The notes: generated by a model not told the origin, from the sequence alone. A DNA stretch of 63,852 nt, filler included, from Octopus bimaculoides (GCF_001194135.2; 8 parts of 8 records of this genome joined end to end with filler, not necessarily neighbours in it), one strand, 5' to 3'; positions 40,073 through 52,412 are shown, counted from the whole stretch's first letter. Program-made: numbers and translations.

Positions 40073-40648
40073 CTCTTTTTATAGCTTTGTGCAGAAGACT
40101 GCGGCCTGTGTTGTCTTTACGATTCACGTCGGCCCTGTGTGAGACCAGGAGTTGTGCGATGCTCTCCTGCCGGCTCAGTAGAGCCAAATCTAAAGGTATG
40201 TCTCCACGGGTGTCCAATTCGTTCAGCTTCACGCTCAGCTGGGAGTCGAACTCGATCAGGTAGAGGAACACCACGTCCTCTCTCTTCACCCTTATGGCTG
40301 TATGGAGTACGTACTCAGATTTCGATTTGAACATCCTGTATAAAAGGGCTGCAGGCATGTTTGCAAAATCCTCACTCGTAAAATCATCCCAATGAGAGGA
40401 TATCAGCTCAGAGCAGTGCTTCTTGAGTATGCTGGCAGCCATTTCTTCGGCAGATTGATAGAACTTGATGCAGTTCTTCATAGTAACGAATGACATCAAT
40501 GCATTCTCACACCTTGTTCCAAGACTATCCAACTGGAACCGAGCAGAAACCTTCAGCAGTTCCAACAGGAATGTCTCTTCGCTCTTTATGTTTATCTCAT
40601 CTGTGTAGACCCACTTCAGTAAGGCGTATGCAACATCATAGCTGATAT
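40073..40648 (-). CDS. ANKFY1: ANKFY1 exon 4 (BTB C-terminal half, BACK-like region, first ankyrin repeats)
   Basis: cctctcacag|AT...AGAG|GTAACT, 576 nt. Encodes DISYDVAYALLKWVYTDE...CIKFYQSAEE...HWDDF...REDVVFLYLIEFDSQL...GRSLLHKAIKRG, characteristic of rabankyrin-5. Confidence 0.98.
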
Positions 40649-41512
40649 CTGTGAGAGGAAATAGAAAAACAGGACACCAACACAATTACTATAATCATCA
40701 ACATTACATCCAATGTCTATCCGAAAAGATATGTATATATATATATATATACATTGTGCAATGTAAAGTAAAGTGAACGTATATTTGCAAGCTGATTTAA
40801 GTTCTGCCAACACTGACTTCAAGTATGTAATTGCAGCCAATAACTCGGCTCCGTTTATTGAGGCTGGATGCAGTTCATTTATTTTCATTCAGTGTCTGGC
40901 AGTCGTCTTAGAGGTGCCCTGAGTCAAAAATTATCCCTTCTAGCTGACGTTCTCTCAACATCGCTCACATACGCCTGACTCGGGCTTAGAAGTTACGCTT
41001 GACTTGGGCTTAGAAGTTACATCTGTAATCGTAAAAATTAACAGTAGTTCCAATAAATAGTTTTCTTGAAACAATAAATTTCTATAGAGATTTAAGATTC
41101 AAATTCCAATCTTTGAAAAATTTCTGCAGTGGGATTGAACCTGGAACTATGTGGTTGGTACTTACCACTCAGCCACTCCTCTCTGTTAGAAGGCACAAAC
41201 ACTTACATGCACACAGATACACACAACGGAAACTTCCGCCTACCGAATTCAATCACAAAGTTTCAGTCAGACCGAGGTTATAGCAGAGGACACTTGCCCA
41301 AAATGCCACAACGTGGGACTGAACCCACAACCATGTGGCTGGGAAGCAATCTTCCTAACGAAACCGGTTTACTGCAGAGAAATTTTAACAACAAAATCTT
41401 ATATGGAATCCTCCCACTGGTATAGTTCTTATTTGAAAGACAATAGGGAGACGTGGTTGTTACACCGGGTCTCATGCAAACACACACGTACATAGATGTA
41501 ACGGTTTCTCAC

Positions 41513-41634
41513 CTGTGAGATCCAGCTGGGACACCTTAGAAATTTCTATTCCAGGACCCCAGTCACTGGAACGTGCTGTCATAATGAACTTGTGGGCTTT
41601 GATCTCTCCACCTTGGAGCAGGATGGTGATATCA
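41513..41634 (-). CDS. ANKFY1: ANKFY1 exon 3 (BTB/POZ N-terminal half)
   Basis: ctttcttctgcag|T...ACAG|GTGAGA, 122 nt, phase 2 in and phase 1 out. Encodes SDITILLQGGEIKAHKFIMTARSSDWGPGIEISKVSQLDLT with the BTB AHK..L.ARS motif. It is absent from the supplied ORF track. Confidence 0.95.
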
Positions 41635-41679
41635 CTGCAGAAGAAAGTAAAGGAGAGATAAATAAGATAAACTAGTAAT

Positions 41680-43330
41680 CATCAGTCATCACCAACTATT
41701 AGTCATTGTCAGTCAACACTATCCATGTCACCATCTGTCATCAGTCATTGTCTTTTATCAGTCATCAGCTATCATCAGTCACCGTCTGTCATCAGTCATC
41801 AGTTGCTGTCTGTCATCAGTCACCATCTGTCATCATCACTTGCAATCACATCATCACTCATCAGTTTTCACCAGTCAACTACATCACCATCAGTTACTGC
41901 CATTATCATGATTAACCACCATCGTTTGTCATCAGCATGGGAAAAGGATTTCAAATGACGAGTCCAACCCATGCCAGCATGAAAAACAGACATAATGATG
42001 ATCACTCACCATCATTAATCACCACTGTCATCATCATCATCATCATCATCAATTATCAGTCACCACCATCAATTACCATCATCATCAATTAGCAATCTCT
42101 ATCAGTCATCATTCATCAATCATCACCACCACCACCACCTCCACCACCTCGACCCCAGGGTGGGTCTCAAGTAGAATCCACTCACATGCATTACTGACCT
42201 TCATAACGATGACCACTACCACTACAACTAGCCCTGCCACTACTACCACCACCACCACTTCAATATCTACTACTACTACCACCACTACTTCAACATCTAC
42301 TTCTACTACTACCACCACTACTTCAACATCTACTACTACTACTACCACCACCACCATTATAGCAACTGCTGCCACCAACACTCAAAAGGTCCCGCTAATA
42401 CTACTACCACTACCTCTACTTTAACAGATACTATTATTATCATCTATACAACCACAAATATTAGTACTACTACGACTACTACCACAACCACCACTACTAT
42501 TACCATAACGACTACAACCACTGGCACCACAACCACTACCACAATAACCACCACTAACACCACATACACTACCACTACAATCACCACTACTACTACTACC
42601 ATTACAACCACCACAATACCACGACAACTAACACTGGCACTTCTACTATAACCACCAACACTACCACTACAACAACNNNNNNNNNNNNNNNNNNNNNNNN
42701 NNNNNNNNNNNNNNNNNNNNNNNNNNNNNNNNNNNNNNNNNNNNNNNNNNNNNNNNNNNNNNNNNNNNNNNNNNNNNNNNNNNNNNNNNNNNNNNNNNNN
42801 NNNNNNNNNNNNNNNNNNNNNNNNNNNNNNNNNNNNNNNNNNNNNNNNNNNNNNNNNNNNNNNNNNNNNNNNNNNNNNNNNNNNNNNNNNNNNNNNNNNN
42901 NNNNNNNNNNNNNNNNNNNNNNNNNNNNNNNNNNNNNNNNNNNNNNNNNNNNNNNNNNNNNNNNNNNNNNNNNNNNNNNNNNNNNNNNNNNNNNNNNNNN
43001 NNNNNNNNNNNNNNNNNNNNNNNNNNNNNNNNNNNNNNNNNNNNNNNNNNNNNNNNNNNNNNNNNNNNNNNNNNNNNNNNNNNNNNNNNNNNNNNNNNNN
43101 NNNNNNNNNNNNNNNNNNNNNNNNNNNNNNNNNNNNNNNNNNNNNAACCCCTACAACCACCACCACAACCACCACTGCTACAACCAGAAATACCACTGAC
43201 ACAAAAACCACTACCACAACTACTACTACAACTACCACCACAACAACCACCACTGCTACAACCAGAACTACCACAGACACAAAAACCACTACCACCACCA
43301 CTACTACTACTACCACCACTACCACCACCT
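41680..43330. repeat. CAT/CAC/ACT/ACA trinucleotide low-complexity DNA in ANKFY1 intron 2
   Basis: Degenerate trinucleotide runs around a large gap. They explain the poly-T and poly-V ORFs in the track. Confidence 0.85.
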
Positions 43331-43345
43331 GTACTAATCTCTCAC

Positions 43346-43541
43346 CTGTAGGTCTCTTTGTTGAACAGTTCGCCGACCGTCTTGAGCAATCGGGAGACGA
43401 AGCTGTCGTCACCGCCAGCGCTCTGTCCAGTTGTTGCTATAGCAACATGGTATTTCTTCTCCACGTCGACCAAGCGCTCTTGGAGTTTCACATATTCTTC
43501 GCGCAGTAAGCTCAGGTGATTCTGTAGCTTGGTCACCTCAC
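43346..43541 (-). CDS. ANKFY1: ANKFY1 exon 2 (N-terminal coiled coil)
   Basis: tttgcag|GT...TACAG|GTGAGA, 196 nt. Encodes EVTKLQNHLSLLREEYVKLQERLVDVEKKY...SFVSRLLKTVGELFNKETYS, closely resembling the rabankyrin-5 N-terminus. Confidence 0.96.
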
Positions 43542-44957
43542 CTGCAAACATAGAAGACGACGACAAAGAGAGGATGTAAAAGAAGATAGAAATTATCATT
43601 TTTTATCATTGTCATCAATTAACATCTGTTTTTCCATGCTGGCATGGGTTGGACGACGGATGTTAAATGATGAAATCGGGTTTTGTGGTGTGCGGAGAGC
43701 TTTGGAAAAACATATTGATGCAGGGCTGCGCATGTACAACTCGACATTATGAAAGTGCGTGTATAACCGATGATCGTTGGATATCGTCTGATGACAGCAA
43801 TTCTTCCTGGCCATTCACGTTGATGGATAGAAAAGATGCACCTTCTTCTAGGAATATATATAGCACAGAATTTTGTCAGTGAACAGGTCGTCGCGGTCTC
43901 AAAGCGACGAAAATATTTTGACAAATTAAATTTAAATGTTGAAGTGAATCTAACGGATTTTGTGTGTTATTTTAAATGGCTTATAAACACCTTCCACGCT
44001 GCAATTGTTTATATATNNNNNNNNNNNNNNNNNNNNNNNNNNNNNNNNNNNNNNNNNNNNNNNNNNNNNNNNNNNNNNNNNNNNNNNNNNNNNNNNNNNN
44101 NNNNNNNNNNNNNNNNNNNNNNNNNNNNNNNNNNNNNNNNNNNNNNNNNNNNNNNNNNNNNNNNNNNNNNNNNNNNNNNNNNNNNNNNNNNNNNNNNNNN
44201 NNNNNNNNNNNNNNNNNNNNNNNNNNNNNNNNNNNNNNNNNNNNNNNNNNNNNNNNNNNNNNNNNNNNNNNNNNNNNNNNNNNNNNNNNNNNNNNNNNNN
44301 NNNNNNNNNNNNNNNNNNNNNNNNNNNNNNNNNNNNNNNNNNNNNNNNNNNNNNNNNNNNNNNNNNNNNNNNNNNNNNNNNNNNNNNNNNNNNNNNNNNN
44401 NNNNNNNNNNNNNNNNNNNNNNNNNNNNNNNNNNNNNNNNNNNNNNNNNNNNNNNNNNNNNNNNNNNNNNNNNNNNNNNNNNNNNNNNNNNNNNNNNNNN
44501 NNNNNNNNATATATATATATATATATACGTATGTGAACTCACAATAACAGACAACCATATTCGTCATTAACGTTCGGAATTTGAGGGGAAAAAAACAATT
44601 ATAAAACGCCAAAAATTTCAGAAACAAAATTCCTAATCATCATTAGTATACATACTCAAACTAAAAACTAATAATTAAATCAACTGATTAACAAACATTT
44701 TAACAATTAATTGCCAATTAACATTAAATTAATAATAAGAAGAAGAAGAAAAGAAAAACGAGCACCGCCGCCCACACCAGCAATTATAACAACAACGACA
44801 TTCCGAATAACTAATGATGATTAGCATAAAGTGATCGGCTGAGGTGATTAACGAAGATTCACAGAAAGGAGTCAGGCTGCTATATAAGGGGACAGAGAAG
44901 TCAGGAAGCCCCAGAAGAGAAGAAATAGGGAGGCGAAGTGGAAATTTGATAGATTAC

Positions 44958-44967
44958 CTTCAGCCAT
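44958..44967 (-). CDS. ANKFY1: ANKFY1/rabankyrin-5 coding exon 1 (MAE + 1 nt)
   Basis: Minus strand reads caagATGGCTGAAG|GTAATC: good start context and a GT donor in phase 1, matching the phase-1 acceptor of exon 2. The join gives MAEGEVTKLQNHL, compared with human MAEEEVAKLEKHL as I recall it. Confidence 0.85.
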
Positions 44968-45701
44968 CTTGCTATAGAGTTAGTCTCACTTTCTCGTGAT
45001 TTCATTTGGAGCCGCAGCTTCGTAGTTTAGTATTTTAGATTAGTTTATTTCCAATAAGTTTTTATATGATCCCTGGGGGTCCCATCTAAGACTTTTGGAG
45101 GTCCACGCAAGCAAAATAGTAAATTGGGGGGTCTGCAAAAGTTCATTAAGGTTTCATGAAGCAATTTTGCCTTATTTATTGCAATAAACAGCTAGATTTC
45201 TTTCTCTAAATGTTTTACAAATGAAGGTTTGAAAAGCAAAATAGGGAATTTCGAAATAAGCTTCTATAAAATGAATTTTGTATCATTCTTTATTTCTCCA
45301 CAATGGATGCACAATGGCCCAGTGGTTAGAGTAGCGGACTCGCGGTCATAGGATCGCGGTTTCGATTCCCAGACCGGGCATTGTGAGTGTTTATTAAGCG
45401 AAAACACCTATACATAATATATATATATACACACATGTATATATATGTATACACACGCACACACACTTTCACATACATAGATGTGAACACTATTTTCATC
45501 AACCAAATCGAAAAGAACGTAACCGAACCGGAAGTCCGTCCACATACACATATAATCGCATTTCATATCTTCCATGTTTTCACTTTACTAAAAAGCTCCA
45601 CTTCCTGTGTCAATTACCTTCAACTTCTCAAGCTATACTGTTTTTTTTCTCTCGTTCCAAATTCTTGGTTTCTTTCCCGCCGTTTTGCAAAACCCACAGA
45701 A
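44968..45701. promoter_or_regulatory. Putative bidirectional promoter plus 5' UTRs between ANKFY1 and a divergent gene
   Basis: Lies between two divergent start codons. Contains the ETS-type motifs CCGGAAGT (45528-45535) and CACTTCCTG (45599-45607). Transcription start sites cannot be seen from sequence alone. Confidence 0.6.
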
Positions 45702-45776
45702 ATGGTTGGGACGAGAGCATCAAAGCGTCGATGTCCATCAAAGAATAACACAGAAGTCCAAAGCGATCTTAATGAG
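45702..45776 (+). CDS. Unidentified gene, candidate coding exon 1 (MVGTRASKRRCPSKNNTEVQSDLNE)
   Basis: agaaATGG start context, 25 open codons and a GAG|GTTAGT donor in phase 0, compatible with the next exon. Confidence 0.6.
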
Positions 45777-46067
45777 GTTAGTTCGGTTGACATTGGATCC
45801 ATGTAATGTTGACAGTTAATTCATTGATAGAAGCGGGAATGTTTGAAAATATGAATGATAGCTTTGTTCCATGCTTTGAGCTATGTTTGAGCCTTTCTTA
45901 TGATTCTATTCCCTCTTCATAACAGTGAATCGAATTCGTCTGTTTAAAGATTGCAGTTAAGATACTTGTTTCTTTTAATGAAAGTGAAAGTTCGTGTTAG
46001 GTAACCGGAAGGCATCATTGGTTAATTTTAAGTTTAACACTCGGCCACCTAAACTGAAAAGCACTTT

Positions 46068-46610
46068 GGGATTAGACACTGAGGGAAAACGGCTGGAACT
46101 TTTTTATTATTTAATTTTGGCGGTTTTCGCTTTCGATAACGTGTTCTACATATCACGGTCATGCGCGATTCCCCCTATTGGGGGACGGGGGGGTCAAAAA
46201 CATTTTTTTAGGGGGAATCGCATGACCGTGATATGTAGAACACATTATCGAAAGCGAAAATCGCCAAAATTTAAAAATTAAAAAAGTTCCAGCCGTTTTC
46301 CCTCGGTGTCTAAAAAAGACATTTTTTTAGGGGGAATCGCATGACCGTGATATGTAGAACACATTATCGAAAGCGAAAANNNNNNNNNNNNNNNNNNNNN
46401 NATTTAATTTTGGCGGTTTTCGCTTTCGATAACGTGTTCTACATATCACGGTCATGCGCGATTCCCCCTATTGGGGGACGGGGGGGTCAAAAACATTTTT
46501 TTAGGGGGAATCGCATGACCGTGATATGTAGAACACATTATCGAAAGCGAAAATCGCCAAAATTAAAAAATTAAAAAAGTTCCAGCCGTTTTCCCTCAGT
46601 GTCTAATCCC
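46068..46610. mobile_element. Fold-back MITE, partly duplicated across a 22-N gap
   Basis: Termini gggattagacactgagggaaaacggctggaac and gttccagccgttttccctcagtgtctaatccc. The internal arms occur twice. Confidence 0.75.
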
Positions 46611-46850
46611 TGTTTGCACCAAAAGTCGTAGGATCGACCAGTCACGACTCGCTGGCGCGAGTGCGCGCACCGGGACCACTCTTCTTAAATAGTTACCATT
46701 TTGTTTACTTTAAAGAGATTATTGCGAATTGGCGAATATATGCAACTTTTCAGCACCTACTCCCCCACCTCACATGTATATATGAATGAATGAGAAATGG
46801 TAACCACAATTATGATTCACATTTTTTTTTTTTTTACCTTTGTTCTTCAG

Positions 46851-47079
46851 AAACTTCCAGAATGTGTAGTACTGTCAGACTCGCATTCTTCAGATTCCAG
46901 TTGTGATTCCAGCTCACCGATTGTCAAGAGACAAAGGAAGACGAGGAGGAAAGTCTTGGATCCTTCCCAAATTGAGTCATCGGAAAATGCTCAGTTCTAT
47001 TCCTTAATAGCAAAGAAAGCCTTTGAGAAAATCCATTCCGCCCAATTCAATCTCTCTGCATTTTCTGTCGACACAAACG
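46851..47079 (+). CDS. Unidentified gene, candidate exon 2 (Ser-rich, basic NLS-like cluster)
   Basis: Strong acceptor ttttttttacctttgttcttcag|AAA in phase 0. Open frame KLPECVVLSDSHSSDSSCDSSSPIVKRQRKTRRKVLDPSQ...FSVDTN. Donor is ACG|GTAAAA (phase 1) or the weaker AAA|GTATTT after 47086 (phase 2). Confidence 0.65.
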
Positions 47080-47841
47080 GTAAAAAGTATTTGAAATATC
47101 GGCATCGTCTGCATCACCCTGTTCCTCTTCATCTTTTCATCAATGACTTGTAGGGACACTGTATTTTGTTATGCAACCATAATATTAAACGTTTTTTTTT
47201 TATAAGTCAATACCATGTTCTACTGTGTTAACAGTGCTACTACATCATGTTATGGTAATCTCTACAGATCCCTTCTTGTTCTTCCTCTTCTTCCACTCCT
47301 TCGGTCTCCCCTTCCTTATCCTTTTATCTCCATCCTTGTCCTTGGCGCAGACATGGCTGTGTGGTAAGTAGCTTGCCTACCAACCACATGATTCCGGGTT
47401 CAGTCTCACTGCGAGGCAGCTTGGGCAGATTTTATCATCATCACCCCGGCCATTTTAATGTCCATTTTTTCCAGGTGTGCATTGGTCGGGCAGAATTCGT
47501 TGAGGTAGATTTTTTTTTTTTTTTATGGCCAGATGCCCTTTACCAACCCTCGTGTTTCCAAGCAAAGTAGTAGTCTCCCCTTGGCCAGACGTGTTCATGG
47601 AAGGAAGTGACGGATGACCGCAAGGTTCACACACACACACATACAAAATACCAGTCATATATTAGGGTTGATGGTCCCGGCTAATCTCCTTTCCCCAGAA
47701 TTGCTGGCCTTGTCCTAAAAAAAGAACTTTATCCTTCGCCCTTGTAGCAAATAAATGTGAAGTAATCATCATTATTATTTTAATTTTCATTATTATTATT
47801 ATTATTACCATGTTCAACAATCTTTCTTTCCGTCTGTCCAG

Positions 47842-47973
47842 CCATGAGAAAAACGACAACCAACGCTCACCTTCACCACCAACACCACCGCCTCCTTTCC
47901 GCGCCAGAAACACAAGATTACCATTCAGAAAAGGAATCAATCGTGAAATAGCCACAATCAGATCAAATATCAG
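47842..47973 (+). CDS. Unidentified gene, candidate exon 3 (Pro-rich)
   Basis: ctttccgtctgtccag|C...TATCAG|GTGAGG, 132 nt, symmetric phase 2-2. Only one frame is open throughout: HEKNDNQRSPSPPTPPPPFRARNTRLPFRKGINREIATIRSNI. Confidence 0.5.
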
Positions 47974-48240
47974 GTGAGGGAATGAGTTGTTTTGAGTGAT
48001 TATAACCCCCTCCCTGATGTGTGCTTTCCCACCACCAGAATCATCGGTGGTAGATTACTACAGGCTTGTGTCAGATCCTAGTATAGTTATAGGCTGACCA
48101 GAGACTTGTGAATAGGTTTGGTAGATGGAAACTTAAAGAAGCCCACCACGTGTGTATGTAAGCTAAGTTAACTACACAACACTTGTTCCTTTGTTATTCT
48201 TTTCATTTTTTTTATATATGTATATATATATATGTATGTA

Positions 48241-48614
48241 GGCGCAGGAGTGGCTGTGTGGTAAGTAGCTTGCTACCCAACCACATGATTCCGGGTTCAG
48301 TCCCACTGCGTGGCACCTTGGGCAAGTGTCTTCTTCTATAGTCTCGGGCCGACCAAAGCCTTGTCAGTGGATTTGGTAGACGGAAACTGAAAGAAGCCCG
48401 TCGTATATATGTATGTGTTTGTCCCCACAACATCGCTTGACAACCGATGGTGGTGTGTTTACATCCCCGTAACTTAGCGGTTCGGTGAATGAGACCGATA
48501 GAATAAGTACTAGGCTTACAAAAGAATAATTCCTGGGGTCGATTTCCTCGACTAAAGGCGGTGCTCCAGCATGGCCACAGTCAAATGACTGAAACAAGTA
48601 AAAGAGAGTAAAGA
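48241..48614 (+). mobile_element. SINE family A, full length
   Basis: Begins ggcgcaggagtggctgtgtggtaagtagc and has all family segments. Confidence 0.92.
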
Positions 48615-48737
48615 GTATATATTTATATATATATAGGNNNNNNNNNNNNNNNNNNNNNNNNNNNNNNNNNNNNNNNNNNNNTTAATTAATTAANNNNNNN
48701 NNNNNNNNNNNNNNNNNNNNNNNNNNNNNNNNNNNNN

Positions 48738-48792
<55 letters not shown>

Positions 48793-49342
48793 TGTATCTG
48801 TGTGTGTATGTATGTATACACACATACATATGTATAAATATTTGTGTATGTAAATATATATCCTTGTTTATGTACATATATATGTAAATTGTTTACATAT
48901 ATAGATAAGTAGATATATATATATAGGGAGAGAGAGACAGAGGAAAGAGAGGGAAAGAGAGAGGGAGAAAGATATGTAGAAATACATGTTTCTGCACGCA
49001 CACGCATAACCTGTATATGCATATAACTTTACTTCAAATTACATCATCTAAAGTCATACACACACGCACATATGCACACACGCATACACACATACCTACA
49101 TGCATACATACTTACATGCATGAATACATACATACCTACCTACATACATACATGCATACATATATAACATATATACAGATATGCATCTATGTATATATAT
49201 GTATCATTGTCCATTACTGCAATCTGTGCATGTGTGTGTTTTGGTGTATTTCTGCTCAGTGTTGTTGTTTAATATATTTGATAAGTAATGTTAATGTTAT
49301 TTATTTATTTTCTATTTTATTACATACACACGTGTACACCTG

Positions 49343-49395
<53 letters not shown>

Positions 49396-51097
49396 GTGCG
49401 TGCCTGTGTGCGTGTGTATGTGTGTGTGTGAGTGTGTCTGCGTGTATGTACTCTAAGAATCTGCATATGTATGTAGGCTTCCTGTTAACTGTCCGAAATA
49501 AGTACTCAATATGATACTAGAGCTTAACAATATATATATTTCGGCCATAAGTCATGACTTGTCTGACGATCGTGTGCACTAATAAGTGAAACCCCGTGTG
49601 CATATATACACACACACACGCAAATATGTGTGTGTGTGCATGTTTGTGTATACGAATGTATCCATGTATGTATATATGTACGTATGTATGTATCAATGAA
49701 CATATGCATACACGCATATATTCATATAGATTACATGTTTTTTTAAATTTGTGGGATTTTATGTTAGTGACTGTGTGCATCGACGTCGTTCCTTCAATCC
49801 GAACCTTGTCGAAACAATTAAATTATGAAAACAGCGACCCTGTTCCGACCATCCCGAATTATTTCTCCCTTCTATCGTATCATTCTATGTGATATTCATC
49901 GTTTAAAGATGAATTTGTGTAATTTCAGGGCGATGCTGTGTGATATATTTTATAGCTCGTGAAAAGGATTTGAGGGCTCCTCATTGGTTCGTTTTTTCAT
50001 ATACCGATAGGCACGTGGATATACACAAGCAAAAGCACACATATGCGTGTGTATGTGCCCTTACATAGACATATATAATATATGTTATATGGATAGATAG
50101 ATAAATAGATATGTAGAAACATGTACGTTTGCATGTATGTATACGTGTGTACGTGTGTGCGTGTAAACATTGGAATATATAAATATGTATGTATATATAT
50201 ATATATATATATATATNNNNNNNNNNNNNNNNNNNNNNNNNNNNNNNNNNNNNNNNNNNNNNNNNNNNNNNNNNNNNNNNNNNNNNNNNNNNNNNNNNNN
50301 NNNNNNNNNNNNNNNNNNNNNNNNNNNNNNNNNNNNNNNNNNNNNNNNNNNNNNNNNNNNNNNNNNNNNNNNNNNNNNNNNNNNNNNNNNNNNNNNNNNN
50401 NNNNNNNNNNNNNNNNNNNNNNNNNNNNNNNNNNNNNNNNNNNNNNNNNNNNNNNNNNNNNNNNNNNNNNNNNNNNNNNNNNNNNNNNNNNNNNNNNNNN
50501 NNNNNNNNNNNNNNNNNNNNNNNNTATATATATATATATACATACATACATACATACATATACACATACACACATATATATATGTATGCATATATATATA
50601 GATACAGACAGACAGACAGGCACGCAGTCAGTGAGACAGGCAGATATTTTTGTGTGTATGTGTGTGTGTCTGCGCGCGCGCGCGTGCGTGTGTGTGCATG
50701 TGTTCGTGCGTGTGTGAATGTGTGTGCGTGCATGTGTATAAGTGTGTTATTCTCTGTCGGAATATGATGTGTTATGGGAGAAAGGTTTAGCAAGGTGTTA
50801 GAAAACAGATATGGCACCGGAAACGTGCAACGACGCACCTACGTGTGTAACTCAACACTGAAAGGTGGTAAAGGAAACACATACACACATTCATAAATAC
50901 ATACGTACATACATACAAACATATATATCTGTAAATATATACGTTTGTGTGTCTATGTGTGTGATGTGGTATGAGTGTATTAATGTTTGTTTTTATCTTC
51001 AATTATAATGGAAACAATTTTACCGTAATCTCATAGGTTACTCTATACTTTTGTAGAGTACAAATTTAATATTCTTATACAAGAATATTGTTAACAG

Positions 51098-51118
51098 TGA
51101 CATCGAAGTTTCGCCCAG
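51098..51118 (+). CDS. Candidate 21-nt microexon (S-DIEVSP-R/S)
   Basis: ttgttaacag|TGACATCGAAGTTTCGCCCAG|GTAAGC. Frame-preserving, with phase 2-2 matching the preceding candidate exon. The polypyrimidine tract is weak and a scaffold join lies between the two. Confidence 0.3.
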
Positions 51119-51227
51119 GTAAGCCATCGTTCGGCTGCAGTCCGACGACGGCTTAGCTGGCCGGAACTTCGAAGGTACTGTCAACTACATTCTTTGTATA
51201 AGAATGTCAGCAACATTCTTTGTATAA

Positions 51228-51379
51228 GGCGTGGCTGTGTGGCAAGAAGCTTCCCAACCACATGGTTCTGGGTTCAGTCGCCTGCATGGCACCTTGGGTA
51301 AGTGTCATCTACTATAATCTCTGGCCAACCAAAGCTTTGTGAATGGATTTGGTAGACGGAAACTGAAAGAAGCCCGTCG

Positions 51380-51432
<53 letters not shown>

Positions 51433-51956
51433 NNNNNNNNNNNNNNNNNNNNNNNNNNNNNNNNNNNNNNNNNNNNNNNNNNNNNNNNNNNNNNNNNNNN
51501 NNNNNNNNNNNNNNNNNNNNNNNNNNNNNNNNNNNNNNNNNNNNNNNNNNNNNNNNNNNNNNNNNNNNNNNNNNNNNNNNNNNNNNNNNNNNNNNNNNNN
51601 NNNNNNNNNNNNNNNNNNNNNNNNNNNNNNNNNNNNNNNNNNNNNNNNNNNNNNNNNNNNNNNNNNNNNNNNNNNNNNNNNNNNNNNNNNNNNNNNNNNN
51701 NNNNNNNNNNNNNNNNNNNNNNNNNNNNNNNNNNNNNNNNNNNNNNNNNNNNNNNNNNNNNNNNNNNNNNNNNNNNNNNNNNNNNNNNNNNNNNNNNNNN
51801 NNNNNNNNNNNNNNNNNNNNNNNNNNNNNNNNNNNNNNNNNNNNNNNNNNNNNNNNNNNNNNNNNNNNNNNNNNNNNNNNNNNNNNNNNNNNNNNNNNNN
51901 NNNNNNNNNNNNNNNNNNNNNNNNNNNNNNNNNNNNNNNNNNNNNNNNNNNNNNNN

Positions 51957-51996
<40 letters not shown>

Positions 51997-52170
51997 AGTC
52001 TGTGTGTATTTGTGTGTCTATGTGTATTTGTGTGTCTGTGTTTGCAGTGACCGATATAATAAGTACTAGGCTAACAAAGAATAAGTCCTGGAGTCGATTT
52101 GTTCAACTAAAGGCGGTGCTCCAGCATGGCCGCAGTCATATTACTGAAACAAGTAAAAGAATAAAAGAAT
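51228..52170 (+). mobile_element. SINE family A spanning an N gap
   Basis: Head at 51228-51380, gap at the internal microsatellite, tail at 52050-52170. Confidence 0.85.
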
Positions 52171-52412
52171 ATAAATATATATATACATGCATTGACATAA
52201 ATATATCCATTCGTAGATATACATAATGCATGTGTATGTATATACATGAATATGCGTTCACACACGCACACACACACACGCATACATACATACACATCTA
52301 AACATACACGTATATATATATGCGTACTCTTATGAAAAGTATATGTATGCATATATCTATGCATGCATGCATGTGAGTATGTAGTTATAGATATTGTTGC
52401 TTTACTATATAC

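Noticed and set aside
42109-42627. Thr-rich mucin-like and Val-rich ORFs
   Set aside because: These are trinucleotide repeats inside ANKFY1 intron 2, with no splice sites or start context.
45305-45375. tRNA-like sequence with A and B boxes
   Set aside because: It continues into SINE body sequence shared with 3270-3582 and I could not see a clean cloverleaf, so it is a SINE head and not a tRNA gene.
46694-46699. Minus-strand ATG|GTAACT as an alternative ANKFY1 first exon
   Set aside because: It gives phase 0, incompatible with the phase-1 exon 2 acceptor; the 44967 start fits both phase and homology.
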